In this document: piece by piece, positions 52,172 to 64,000 of the stretch
Layout of the letters: the number at the start of each line of letters is the position of its first letter
How positions within the stretch are numbered: the first letter of the stretch is position 1
Assembly (NCBI GenBank): GCA_002633005.1
Contig: NMRA01000071.1
Location: forward strand, 1,073,961 to 1,137,960
DNA: 64,000 nt
DNA from: Phoronis australis
Lineage: Eukaryota; Animalia; Phoronida
Direction: 5' to 3'
The notes under the pieces: model-generated
Database searches by the model: none
Told to the model about the DNA's origin: nothing
Seen by the model: only the letters and a program-made list of their open reading frames with translations
Translations under genes and position numbers: made by a program

Positions 52172-53538
52172 CGCTTTTATTTACATTACATCATAATAAT
52201 ACATTGATTAGGCCTTCTAAAGGTTATTGACCGTTAAAAAGAAGGTTCCCTGTACAAATGGAAATGGAAAACTCAGTAGGAATACTTAAGAAAACAGTGA
52301 ATTAGTGCTGAAAACGACCGACACGCCAGGAACCAAGAAGTAAACTGGCACAGCTCAGGAGATTTTGAGAATACAATTAGATACTGTTACATATGGAGCA
52401 GTTGGAAACATGAGAAACTGGATCGTAGTTGCTAATAATAAAATTGGTTAAGAACCTGGAGAATGCTTGCAAAGAATGCGTTTTCATTATATTTAGAGCA
52501 GAGACTGGTATTTCGTTGTTGTTGAAAAGTCGAGTAATCTGAAATCTAATACAGGCTCTTGATGACAATTTGTTGGACGGAGGAATTTTGGGTTGAATTG
52601 TCGGTATAGCATCTGAGTATTGATTCAGGTATGTAGGAGTTTTAATGTGTCTGGTTGGTTTATATTGGATGGGTTTAGTAACGAAGTTGTTAGTGTAAAA
52701 ATACTTAGGAAGCTGATTATTGAGGAATTTGTAATAAAATTTTGCAGTTGAGATTTTAAAGATGTCTTGAATTAGAGGGAGGCGAAGTTCCTTACATATA
52801 TGTAGAGAGTGAGCGTTATAACTGGAATTTGATATATTCCTAAGGAGTCTTTTCTGGGCTGTCTGAAGTTTCTCAGTTTTGCCAGAAACCAAAAGTTGCA
52901 GTGTCATAGGTTAAATGTGGGAGGACAAGTGAATTATATATCAGCTTGAGAGCTGGAAGAGGAAGATAAGATTTCAATTTGTATGAGAGTCCACCGAGAT
53001 TGTTAAGTTTGTTTGAGATGAGGTTAATGTGGGGGGACCATGAGAGGTTTTTGTCAACAGTAATACCAAGGAAAGGAAAACTGTTCACATGACACATTGT
53101 TTTGCAATTTATATAAATGGTGGGAATAATACATTCTTCAATTTACTTTTGGGGGTAGTGGAAGATCATTAATTTACCTTTTGATGTGTTAATTGAAAGT
53201 TTGTTCACAGAAAACCAGTCTGAAATAGATTTGAGGTTGTTGTTGATGGTGGTTGATTGCTGTAAAGTGTGTTGGGAAGATTCAGTCAGTTTGTAAGGTG
53301 TGACGAGGCAAGTATCGTCAGCATAAAGAAGTGTGTCCATGGGAGAAGAAAACGAAAGATCATTTATGTAAACTAGGAAGAGAAGTGGGCCAAGGACAGA
53401 GCCTTGGGGAACTCCGGTAGATATTGGTAACCAACTTGAAGTTGTATCACTTAGTGAAACATATTGGGTGCGGTTTGAGAGATAACTCTTAAACAGTGCA
53501 TATTCAACTCCAGTGATACCATAGTGATTTATCTTTTG
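52172..53538 (-). mobile_element. 5'-truncated L2/CR1-group LINE (RT C-half and 3' UTR)
   Basis: YLSNRTQYV, GVPQGSVLGPLLFLVYINDL, LYADDT, NKLSIN..K, FLGITVDKNLSW..HI. AATAAA near the 3' end. Few frameshifts. Confidence 0.9.
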
Positions 53539-54089
53539 ATTACGCTGCGTGTCGCTAAGATCAAAATCAAGGCACGGGAGAATTATTTAAAATGTGTATA
53601 AACCTGCCAATGGCCGATTCAGTCATCGGGATGCACCTTCGTCATGGGAGATGTTGAGCGACAGCAAACAACAACTGCAGTGAACAAGACAGGTGCAAGC
53701 AATGGACTGGAGGAGCTTCCGAAAGGTTAATCTAAAATTGTCACTAATTCTTAAGAGAAGCACCTAGAAGCCTTAAGAGCATGTTCGCGAAAGGACCAGG
53801 CAGAGGGTGATAAACGCTATGTCACAGATTCTCTTTATATTTTGTCTGTGAGATGACACTGGCCCCAATGACTCCTGACCACCTTTATTTTTTTTCAAAA
53901 CGCCCCCTTTTGGTTTCCATGGATACTATTTGTTTCCGACAAGTTTTCAGCCTGGCGGCAGTTAAGTTTTAGTAAAATTCCGAAAGTTACGTTACGCAGT
54001 GGAAGTAACGTTGAAATATTGAACCTGTGTTATTGATCAGATGTGACCTTCGACTATTTTATTCATGAAAATTTAAAAGATTTCGATAA

Positions 54090-57000
54090 TTTTTGTCTGA
54101 TTTTAGAGCCGCATAAGATAAGTACTTTTAGTGATTTTTGAAGCTGTCAAAATTGGCTTAATTCGTATCCCGATATCTCAGCTGGCACAGGTTTCAGAAC
54201 ATTTTAGTGCCAACCAGTGTGTTGAGCTATTTTAGGTCTACAAAATAAGACAAAAAAATTTCCTGGCGCGCACGGATTTCATGTCATTTGAAGTCAAAAA
54301 TGACTGGTGGTTACGCCATTTCACCACAATGAGTAGTGCCGACAAACGTCAACAAAAAGTGAACATCTGTTAATAGTTGGCCAGCAAACGGCGAATCAAT
54401 TTATCATTCATCAAATTTCGTGTTTTCTAGGCACCGAGGGTACACTACTTTATTTCTAAAAAGTGCTCGTAGTCATGGAATTAGGATACTTACTACGCAA
54501 ATAGCAGTACCTTTTGCGAGAGTCGAAATTCAAATCTCACTGGTTTTACAAAGCCCAGTAATCTTATTTGCACTGCTAAAAACAAAAAAAAACGCCGACA
54601 AATCATTTTCATAACATTTTCCTTCAAAAATCGTGTTGCCCTCTTCCCACTTGCGACGTTCCAAATCTTACAGTGTTGTATGAACAAGATCATTTATTTA
54701 TGGTTTTATCTGTGAATGTCCTGTTTACAATGATGCTTACTGTGGGTTAGCTGTGGAGTGTGTCTGAACAAACATTTCTTTAGGAATCTTCAAGTGGTTT
54801 TGATGCAGGGCGTTGAAAGCGGAGGACAGTGTCAAGGTGAAAGACTCATTGGCAATTACAGGCAAATGCAAAACCACTGGTCAGAGTCATTCCGTGGACG
54901 TTATATAGCCGCCAATGTCACAATAACTTCACTTTTGAAGTGGTATGGCTGGCTAATGTTATCATTTTGTTATCTGCTCATTTTGCTGTGCTTGACACAA
55001 GTGAAAAATGGGAGACATTCGAGTAGCAATGGGGGCTGACAACAAGGGACCAGCTACCAGTGAGAAGATATTTCACCTGAGCAGTGGGAGGCACAGAGGA
55101 ACGTACTTGAATAAGTGTTTGTGACTAGTTGTGAGAAGTCTAAAGAGTGAATTCATATTACTTCCCAGTCCTCCAGAGGGCAAAGGTACATGTATCCTGC
55201 TCCAGGTGATCAGCTGTTACTTGACTATATAAATGCCTCATGTTGCAAGCAATATCCACTGCAGAGGTCACGTGAAAGAAGTGAGGATGATAAAGGCTGC
55301 TTTCAGTTTAAAGTCCATAAGTACACGACAAGTATTGTATTGCAGCTCATGTTTGTCCATGACTTTTCAGCAGACAAACAATATACAGCATAAAAAATTT
55401 TGAAACTCAGTTCAAAATATAACTTCATGCACATTGGGTTCTAACTGCTAATTAGTATTCGAGGTGCTTTAATAGCAAGACTACCAACTTTCTAAGGCAA
55501 AATCACATCAGAGATATCTAAATGAGGTATTTGATCTAAGTGCTAATGGACTGGCTCAAACAGGAGACTCCTATGTTAGTTGTTCAAAATACGTCAGGTG
55601 ATCTCGCTTACATGTACCTCCTCATCCCATACGGTACACGTAACTCCCCAGTCTGTATATACAATGTTGGACCACTTTTAAGTAAAAAGTGACATTTAAT
55701 GCGACCAGAATATGGTTTAACACTCATTGTCTGGTTAATTTATACAAACTACCATGGAAAACACGAGATGTCTAAATGTGTTAAAAGATCTAAATACCAG
55801 TGAATTGGCTCAAACATGACACTCCTGATGTTAACAATTCAGAATACAGGTGACCTCGGCACCTCCCTTAACTCATCATCACATACCGTACAACTAACTC
55901 TCATTCTGCAAAAGCAATGTTGGAACAGATTAAAGTCAAAATGATATTTAATGTGGCTGTAATCTGGTTTAACACTGGTCATCCACTTAAGTGGTACAAA
56001 GTAGCATGGAAAAACGAGATATGTAAATGTGTTCTTTGACCTAAATGCCAGTGAATTGGTTCAAGTATGCCTAAGTCACTACCTTTCCTTAGGCTTGTAC
56101 ATACGTTAACACTCAGATAAGGCTTCGCTTTTTAGTTAAGAGAGATTGAGTGTAATGTGAGTTTGAAAGATGAAAACTGAAATACCAGCATCTTTAAATA
56201 AACTGGACAGCAAAGATTCGACCAGAACACTGACTAAACATCCTAAATTTTACTGACAAAATCACAGCAAGTGTTGCTATATTGCATTTTGCATTTATCT
56301 CAGTTTCTACAATATCACATCAATAACAACTGGTTAAATCACTCAGACAACCCAACAAGGCAGCCAAGCATGAAAATAAACCTTTATCCTGTTGTAGTGT
56401 CAGTCAGCCTTCCTCCCGAAACTGCTCATCCGTCTTCACCGCCTGTGCAGTTCTTGCGGGTCTGCTTTGTTGCTCTACTTTCTGAAAATGACAGGCAGGT
56501 TGTAACACTCTCGAATTATAAAACTTTTTGCAGAACTTTGCAGGGCCCAGCCACTACACAGGTGTGACTGCCGCTGAGTGATCCAATGATTTTAGCTGAG
56601 ATAATTCATTTTACCCATGGAGTGTAATATGTAAAACGTCCACAAGTACAACAAGAAAAAACACTGTGGGTAATTGGTTTATTTTTGCCAGTTTGATTGG
56701 ATTCCTTTGGACATCAAATGAATATCATATCCAAACAACAAATGACAACATACATGTAATGGTACTCATAAAAAATAACGACACGCTATGATTTCCAGAA
56801 TTACATAATTCACTGACAGCTGAAGTGAAAAGAAATTCCGGCATGCAGGTTGTCAGTTAAAATTGGAATTTATAATGCTATAACTACATCAATATATCTA
56901 TAGAAAAAATACTTCCTGTAACGAACTAAAAAGAAGATGCATAACAACAAGATCGGATGTTGAAAAGTAAATGTCAATGAGATATTGCATTTTCCGCTTG

Positions 57001-58345
57001 CCACAAGTACAGGCCACTAGATGCACATAATCTCAGACTAAACTTACAACTAACACAAGACGCTACTAGTAAGTGGACTGAATAGCTCTAGGCTAGCCTA
57101 GACTCCAACAACGGCGACAGGGCAGGTATATCACTGATTTGCCCTTAGGAATACAATACTGTTAATCAGTTGTTTACAGTGATGCAGGCATAGGACTACT
57201 AAATTTCACCAGTGTGTACAATAAAAAGCTCTGTCTACACTACATATTCAAAAACAAGTACTGTTGTTACATTTTTGTGGTACATGCATGGTCATGCAGT
57301 TTGTGATCTTCCTGAAAGGAGGACCAGTAACTTGCATTGAATGGTACTGTATTAGAATAACAACTGTTGTTTCTAGCTGTGCTAACTGGTTGTCGAATCA
57401 TATATCCACAAAACTGACTATTACCGCTACAATGCTATCGTGATAACCTCAAATTCAAACAAAGCAGTAGTAGTACTCACCAGATTCAACAGGAAAGAAC
57501 ACAAATGCATTGACATTGTTGAGTTCCTGTGAAAGTAAGTTGACTTTAGACATTTCAACCAGCATCCCCACTTCAGGCTTGGCACGTGAGCTACCACTAA
57601 TGAAATGGGTGTTTGCAGAGTCTACATGGTTTCCACAGAATTCCAAGATCAGCCCGGTGTCTTGCCCTTGTCTTGGACGCAGTCACACAGGCGTGACACG
57701 GGTCCCGTGAACACGCACTTGTAAATTGTCCGACTCTCGCCAAAATCAGTTGCCGCACAGTCTGTAGGTGCGGTGGTTTGCTACTCACTTTATGCCGCAT
57801 CAAGATTTCACACATGTGCAGAGGACATTCTTTTGAGGTTCCATACACTTCATCACACTCCATCATACTAGCAGATAACACGTAGAGCAACTCAGGATCA
57901 ACCATTTTGCCACCACTTAAGTGACACCTGTTGTTGGACACTGGGTTCACGAAAAACGCGGAATTTTAATTAAAAAGGAAAAATACCTTAAATAATTGCC
58001 CCTGACTTAATGACACGTAACTAAATATTAATAAATCAATTTTTGAATCAAAACTATCCACTTTATTGGTGTTGTAATGTCCCAAACAGGTATCGGTATT
58101 GAAGGTAATTTCTAATCAGGTGGTTGTCGCAATCTTGCAATTTGTATAGAAAAATGCTCAGTGCCAGAAAATTTTATTGTATTAATCAACAACAATAAGA
58201 TAGAAACGTCTTGTGTAAAAGTCTGGTGTTGATCAGTGTTGTGCCAGCTGAGATACACGGGCTCAAAGTGTGGCGTAATTGCAATGCCTTGTTAACCTCT
58301 GACCCCTCTATAATTTATGCCTGAAATTTTTAACTTAGCGGCAGA
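54090..58345. mobile_element. Possible DNA-transposon relic with long, very diverged inverted ends
   Basis: TATCTCAGCTGGCACA (~54173) is inverted against TGTGCCAGCTGAGATA (~58240), and two weaker symmetric blocks exist. True ends and TSD were not found. Confidence 0.35.
55510..56065. repeat. Diverged ~250-bp tandem repeat x ~2.2
   Basis: GAGAT.T.TAAATG...GA.CTAA.T....TG.A.TGG.TCAA recurs near 55511, 55765 and 56016. Confidence 0.75.
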
Positions 58346-61300
58346 GTTAATGAGTATTGTTTACCATTTTGTAAAGCCGAAGACTTGCTTTATTTAAAAA
58401 TTACAAACAAATAACGGATCTCGTGCGCCGATATTTTTTATTGTGCAGTGCAAATAAGGCATTTTCGGCGAGATCATTGCATGGCATACCCCCAAAATAG
58501 AGGCTCCCTGATTTCTCCCCCATAAACAAGGTAAAATGAGGTTGGACTTTACTGTTTTGTTTATCATCCCAAAAGTAACTAAAATGCATAGTATGGTTCA
58601 AAGCGGTGACATTGGGTTTATCATCCCTCTGGGCATTTTTCCTGCTGTGAGCCGTACTTCACTCTTAAATGCAGAGGAAGAGAAGACGATTGACATTTCA
58701 GTAGGAGCGTATCCCGAAATATGCAGCTGAAAGCGGTTTCAGTATCTTCCAGGCCTCAGGTAGAGCGCCAAAAAAGCGGACGACACTAATCCAGTGGGAG
58801 TACTTAAGATTATAAATAACTTGGGACTGAGACGCTTGCAAGAAGCCCAGAGAGAAAATTCATCACTCTAAAGATATGTAGTGGGGTCAAGCTAGAGTCG
58901 AGATCAAACATCAGATCCAAGGCAAACAGCATGCATCACGGAGGTCTACTCCGGGATACACTATCGGATTTTCAAGAATAAGGACAGTGATGTTGTGAAA
59001 CAAGTTGTTGTGCAGGGAAAGTTACGTAAATGTGAGGTAATGTAAACCAATTTTAAGAAGGTAACTGACATATCACCCTCATTAACGTCTCTATCTAAAC
59101 TTACAGCGCCTGATTTGTTGTGTCCGGAGGGTGACCGTATTTCGTATCACTCCTTCTAAATCACGAACTGTGCACTTGTACGATAATCAGAGGTGTTGTG
59201 TCACTCGTCCTCAATCATGTCAACTGACGTCTATTATAGATGTTGCGGAAATTTTGAGTCTCACTTTTAAGCCTGCAATGACCAAATATTTACATCACCG
59301 ACATATTTAATCACGTCCAGGTTTGCGTGTCCGTTTTCAGATTCTATGAGCAAAATAGCATTGGGCAACGTCAACGCTTCAGTGAGTGCAAACAAAATGT
59401 TTTATGCTGTTTTCACAACACCCAGGTAAATTAAGTTTTTCCGTTGTTTCACTATTTCTTCATGTTCAGACATACTTTCCTTGTTTGAAGCTATTCACTA
59501 GCAACTGCACGTTTACAATAATTGCATGTAAATGTATCGAGATGACTATACTCCTCCTCACAGAGGGTTCTTACAACTGCTTCACTATTGGTTAGGCCGA
59601 TCGCTTCCAAAACATAGTTCACTTTGATAACATCAAAAAACAGTCAATGATAAGCTGTTGTTTTGAAATGAACTCTGAGAATGATTGGTTTGCTGCAAAG
59701 TAAAGAAATTCAGGGTTTGGAAAATATTTCAAATTATGGGAGGTGCATTTTATTATTCAGCTTGATCAAGTTAACGTTGCACAATGTGCAGTCACCAGGA
59801 GATCTGAAACAATATGGGGATATAACCTACACGGCAGTTGCAGTTACTCAAATACATTATGAGTTGTTTGTAGGCACGTAAATGTCTCGTGACGTCACAT
59901 AAAACCGTCCAATGACGGAAAACAATACCAGTCCTTCCATCTTATACTATCCTTCAAATGTTGGATATACTGCAACAAGTTGGCAGGCGTACAACTAATA
60001 ACAAATCTCAAAATAGCTAAGTACACTAGAAAAATGTGTCAACAGGAAATAGCTCTCAGAATTATTGGTGAAATTCGAATAGTTGTACATGTACAATGTG
60101 CCACATAATATTCTCACAGTGCAACTGAGGACAAATGCGTTGTTTGTTCATAGACTAAGATGAAGATTAGTGGTTTAAACTGACAAAAAAGGAGACTTAA
60201 CGTGTGTAAAGCCACCATTTCTATACCAAAATCAAGGAAAACACGCCACCTGTCGGTCGCTCGTGTTATTAGAACTCCCAAACACATACCGTGCGGTGTT
60301 TTACATAGATGGTCTTGAGATGCAAGCAATTATTGGTCGATACACTCATTCTAGGTAGAATCAGGACAACTAACCACAGCAGTTAGTCATCCTCCATTGT
60401 GTTTAGTTTGAAAAGTCGCCATATATTGGTGCTGGGTTTCCCGTGGTTGATGGTATAGTGACAATGACAAACTGTTGAATTAGTGGATGCTGTGGCAACT
60501 CAGAGAAGCTTGGATATTGAACGAGCTTGTACAAGAAAATTGCGTGTTTATGGACATGACGCACTGGCGCAGGTTGAGTTCATAAGTCATACTTATGTCC
60601 GAGGAATTAAGATATTTTCACTCAAAGTGTAGGCGTCCTTCTATGTTCTGGTGTTTTGGACGTTAACTTTATATGCTATGCCATAAAACAAGGTTTGATT
60701 ATGTTAACATATAGTGATATGTGAATTGTGGTTTTAAGGAACTAAATCTTTAAATCAAGTTAAACACATTGATCTTTAACTTGAGAAGATTGAAAAGCAT
60801 TCTTTTTGGGAAATCCAGTGAAATGCAATGCTGTAGGCGGATATAACTCCACGTTTGAAAACGACGATATGCTTACATCAGACTGTGGTTAAGTTATGAA
60901 TCGCCATATGCTCGTTTTACCTCCGAAGAGGTTCTTTGCCTAGGCACCAGTGGTCAACCTCGCGCTGCACAGTTCCACGTAAACAAAACTGAAAATTAGT
61001 TGTTGGTATTTGTTTATCCTCATCTTGTAAAAATTCAAATACGTAACATAAAGAATAGTAGCTGTTTCTGAATTTGAATTTAGGTATCCTGAAATTGGAA
61101 TGATTACTTTCTGTTGTACATGTTGACTAGTGTTTTATAATACACTTCATTTTCGCAGAATTTTCCAAATGGTTGAGCATGCTCTAGGCTATCGTACATA
61201 GTTTCTCTATGAAGTTCACGTATACGCATGCCCTAGAGAACTCCTTGCTGCGTAAAATGCTCCAAACGGGCCCCCTAGGATGGAGGGTACCGGATGTATA

Positions 61301-63711
61301 AATCTGAAATTTTCCAAAGTACACACTAGAGTTATTCTTTAGCTTTGAAGTCCGACACAATTAGCAAATTAAATTGGAAAGTACGGAAATATAACATATA
61401 ATGGAAGGAACTTGCCCTTTTGCGCTGGACCTCAGATTGTTCATACATGTACATGTATATTGTGGTGCAGTTTTGGGAAAGCTTGAAATATTTTATTCGT
61501 GTAGTGACTTCAAGGTATTTTGAAGACTGGGGTTTGAGGGTCCATGGGTTGGGTTCAGTAACGTACATGTAAGAATCTAGCTATAAAAGCAAGACCTTGC
61601 GAGATTACTTGATATATTTCCGAGTATTTTGAGTCAACGCACGTGATTTTGACTATATCTTTTCTCGCTGCGAGACAGATACTAAACGCTTTCCTCAGGT
61701 AGTTGACACATGTCTCAAAATCCGTTGTTAAAACACGGTAGTTGAGTTTTTGGTGGTTGGTGGCAAACAATACACAGTGTGTTCCAAACATTTAGTCAAA
61801 AGTCAATACAACACTGTATTGACAAATTCTATGCCGTGGATCAGACTTTGCGCCTGGCCCTACCGTACAGTTCCAATATGCTCCAAGAGCATGCGCTTGA
61901 GCCACGACGTGCCCTGTACTCAATGACAAAGAAGTTTTGGAGAACGGACATTTATTGCGCAACACTATTGACAAATAAAAGACATCAAATAAGCGAAAAA
62001 ACATCAAATCTTGACCATGCAATTTGATATGGATATAACCCCGTTACAAAAATAATGCAGTGAAACTCTAAAAAATATCTAAAGGTTTCCTAGAACAGCC
62101 CCAAAACTGTTTATTTGGCTGGTGAACTAAAGCTATGACTCGAAAAACCCCTCCCCAGTAAAAATGAGAGCAAAATGCTTAACGCTCATGAGTGAAGTGT
62201 CGATGGCTACTTCCTTTGCGTTTGCGCTAACCTGATGTGAGCGCGAGGTGATACACTATTGGTAACTTTTGGTAAATGGGGGCAGGAGTGTCGGATGTGC
62301 TGGCGATGGGAAGGGGAAGCGAGGAGTTTGGCGTAGTCGAGTTGCTTCATGTTTCTCCAATAAGTTTTACTTTCGGGTCAAGTCGTCTGGTCAACCAAGT
62401 CCACAACGAAACCATAGATCCATAGATGTCGTGGGTAAAAGATACCAAGGAGGTATACAACATGTGATAGTTGTGTTATTTGGTACATCATACACTGTCT
62501 TCCGGACTAGATCTTTTTTTGAAAGTAGAAGAACTAACTGAATCACGGAACCAATATTTAGGACTTAAAGTTAACATACTCACGTGGTTCTGAAAATTAT
62601 TGATATTGCTACAAATGCATGTATACAGTGTATGGCAGTCAGTTGTTTTACGAGTAGCCATGTCAACGAGGTTTCACGAACATTTGTTAAAACCAAATAC
62701 TCCAACTGAACTTGGAATTCTCTTGAGGTATTTTATATATTTACAAATGTTGTTACATGTAACTACATAGTCAGCATCATTAACAAATGCTTTATATCAG
62801 TAAAAACAGAATCGTGAATTCAATATCACACAGGACGAGAAAGTAGAATACTTGCTACTTCATTTGAAGTTTATTAGCTCCACGGACATGAGTGTGACGT
62901 ATGAACGTATCCAGCGCCAGTATGTCATGTCCCCTATCACGCAAGTTTTTTGTAATAACTTCTGTTATACCCGCACGTCTCCGATGCCTTATGGAAACAG
63001 GAAGAGTCACAGAGTGGTCAAATACTAAGCTGTCACAACCACCACAAACACAGTTACATGTACGTCCTGCCATTTGTTATTATATCATGAGTCGTGGAAC
63101 ATTCAGAATCATTATGTGATGACTTTTCACATTAAGGAGTTTAGGGCTGTGATTGGCTGTTCGTACTGAAAGTATCAACCAGTAAATGTTCGAGGACAGC
63201 TAATTAACATATTGTTAGATAAATAAACAATTTGGGTGTTCCAAATTGACAGCTGGTTGACTGCAGGTGTTGCTGTCTTGGTGTTTTCATTTGTTTTAAG
63301 CGCTTAAATATCGACCACTGCTATAAAGATGATGAATAAAAATTACAATGTCTAAAACCCTGTGTTGAAACATCTATCTTTGTAGCAATGGTATCCGAGG
63401 GTCTGCCGTCTGCGCTTATAAGTGGGAACGTGTCCTTGGTGTATTTAATGGTAAATTCAAAGACCAAAAAGATGTGAACAGCATATGGCTGAACGTTTCA
63501 GCACGCCTTGTTCCGACACCACACCCCACGAAGGTGAGCGGTCGATGTCATCAAACCTTAGACTAAGGGCATCTCCGGTATGGATATCGGCTACCAAATA
63601 CCTGCGTAGTTCGGTATCAACATAGATCAGGTTATCGAATAGGAGACTATGGCTGATTCTGAATGAATTTGATACCTTATGCAAGGCTTAACCTGTACCG
63701 TGAATAATAGT

Positions 63712-63717
63712 CACACA

Positions 63718-63769
<52 letters not shown>

Positions 63770-63893
63770 NNNNNNNNNNNNNNNNNNNNNNNNNNNNNNN
63801 NNNNNNNNNNNNNNNNNNNNNNNNNNNNNNNNNNNNNNNNNNNNNNNNNNNNNNNNNNNNNNNNNNATATATATATATATATATATATATATG
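63712..63893. repeat. (CA)n and (AT)n microsatellites flanking a scaffold gap (N 63770-63866)
   Basis: Direct reading. Confidence 0.95.
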
Positions 63894-64000
63894 GTTGGTA
63901 GACCAATATACACAAGTATACATGTAAAAGCGACAAGAGGCCTGCTGTAATGGTACATGTACGTGGCTAGATGATGGAGATCCCGACTTTTTAATATACG

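Noticed and set aside
61555-63684. Several 70-90 aa ORFs with protein-like composition
   Set aside because: No recognisable domain, and I could not build a consistent splice chain; an old pseudogene cannot be excluded.
63677-63958. ORFs of CV/HT/YI repeats
   Set aside because: They are translations of microsatellites and an N gap.

Overview
Animal (probably marine-invertebrate) genomic DNA that is AT-rich, intron-rich and dominated by transposon debris; it is not prokaryotic. Two host genes are partly visible. One is a minus-strand WSC-domain gene (exons 19377-19518 and 6130-6399, phase-compatible). The other is a divergent plus-strand semaphorin whose Sema-domain N-half splices in frame over five GT-AG exons (41805-46938). 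The inferred WSC intron holds a three-tier nest: a Harbinger (TSD CTG) contains a decayed BEL/Pao retrotransposon, which is split by a 5.7-kb AcademH-like element (10-bp TSD). Also present are two Kolobok copies (THAP plus a P2X7-ballast-like KolX), a Crypton-type recombinase relic, three LINE relics, a tRNA-derived SINE, several MITEs, a probable haplotype-duplication artefact and a scaffold gap. The most unusual signals are tiny: a strongly over-represented TACATGTA that paralog comparisons show is a 6-bp insertion at TA, and two 21-24 bp inserts (one a perfect palindrome) flanked by 7-bp duplications. Both look like cut-and-paste excision scars. I found no convincing wholly new coding system. 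All family calls come from motif recognition by eye, not from database searches.
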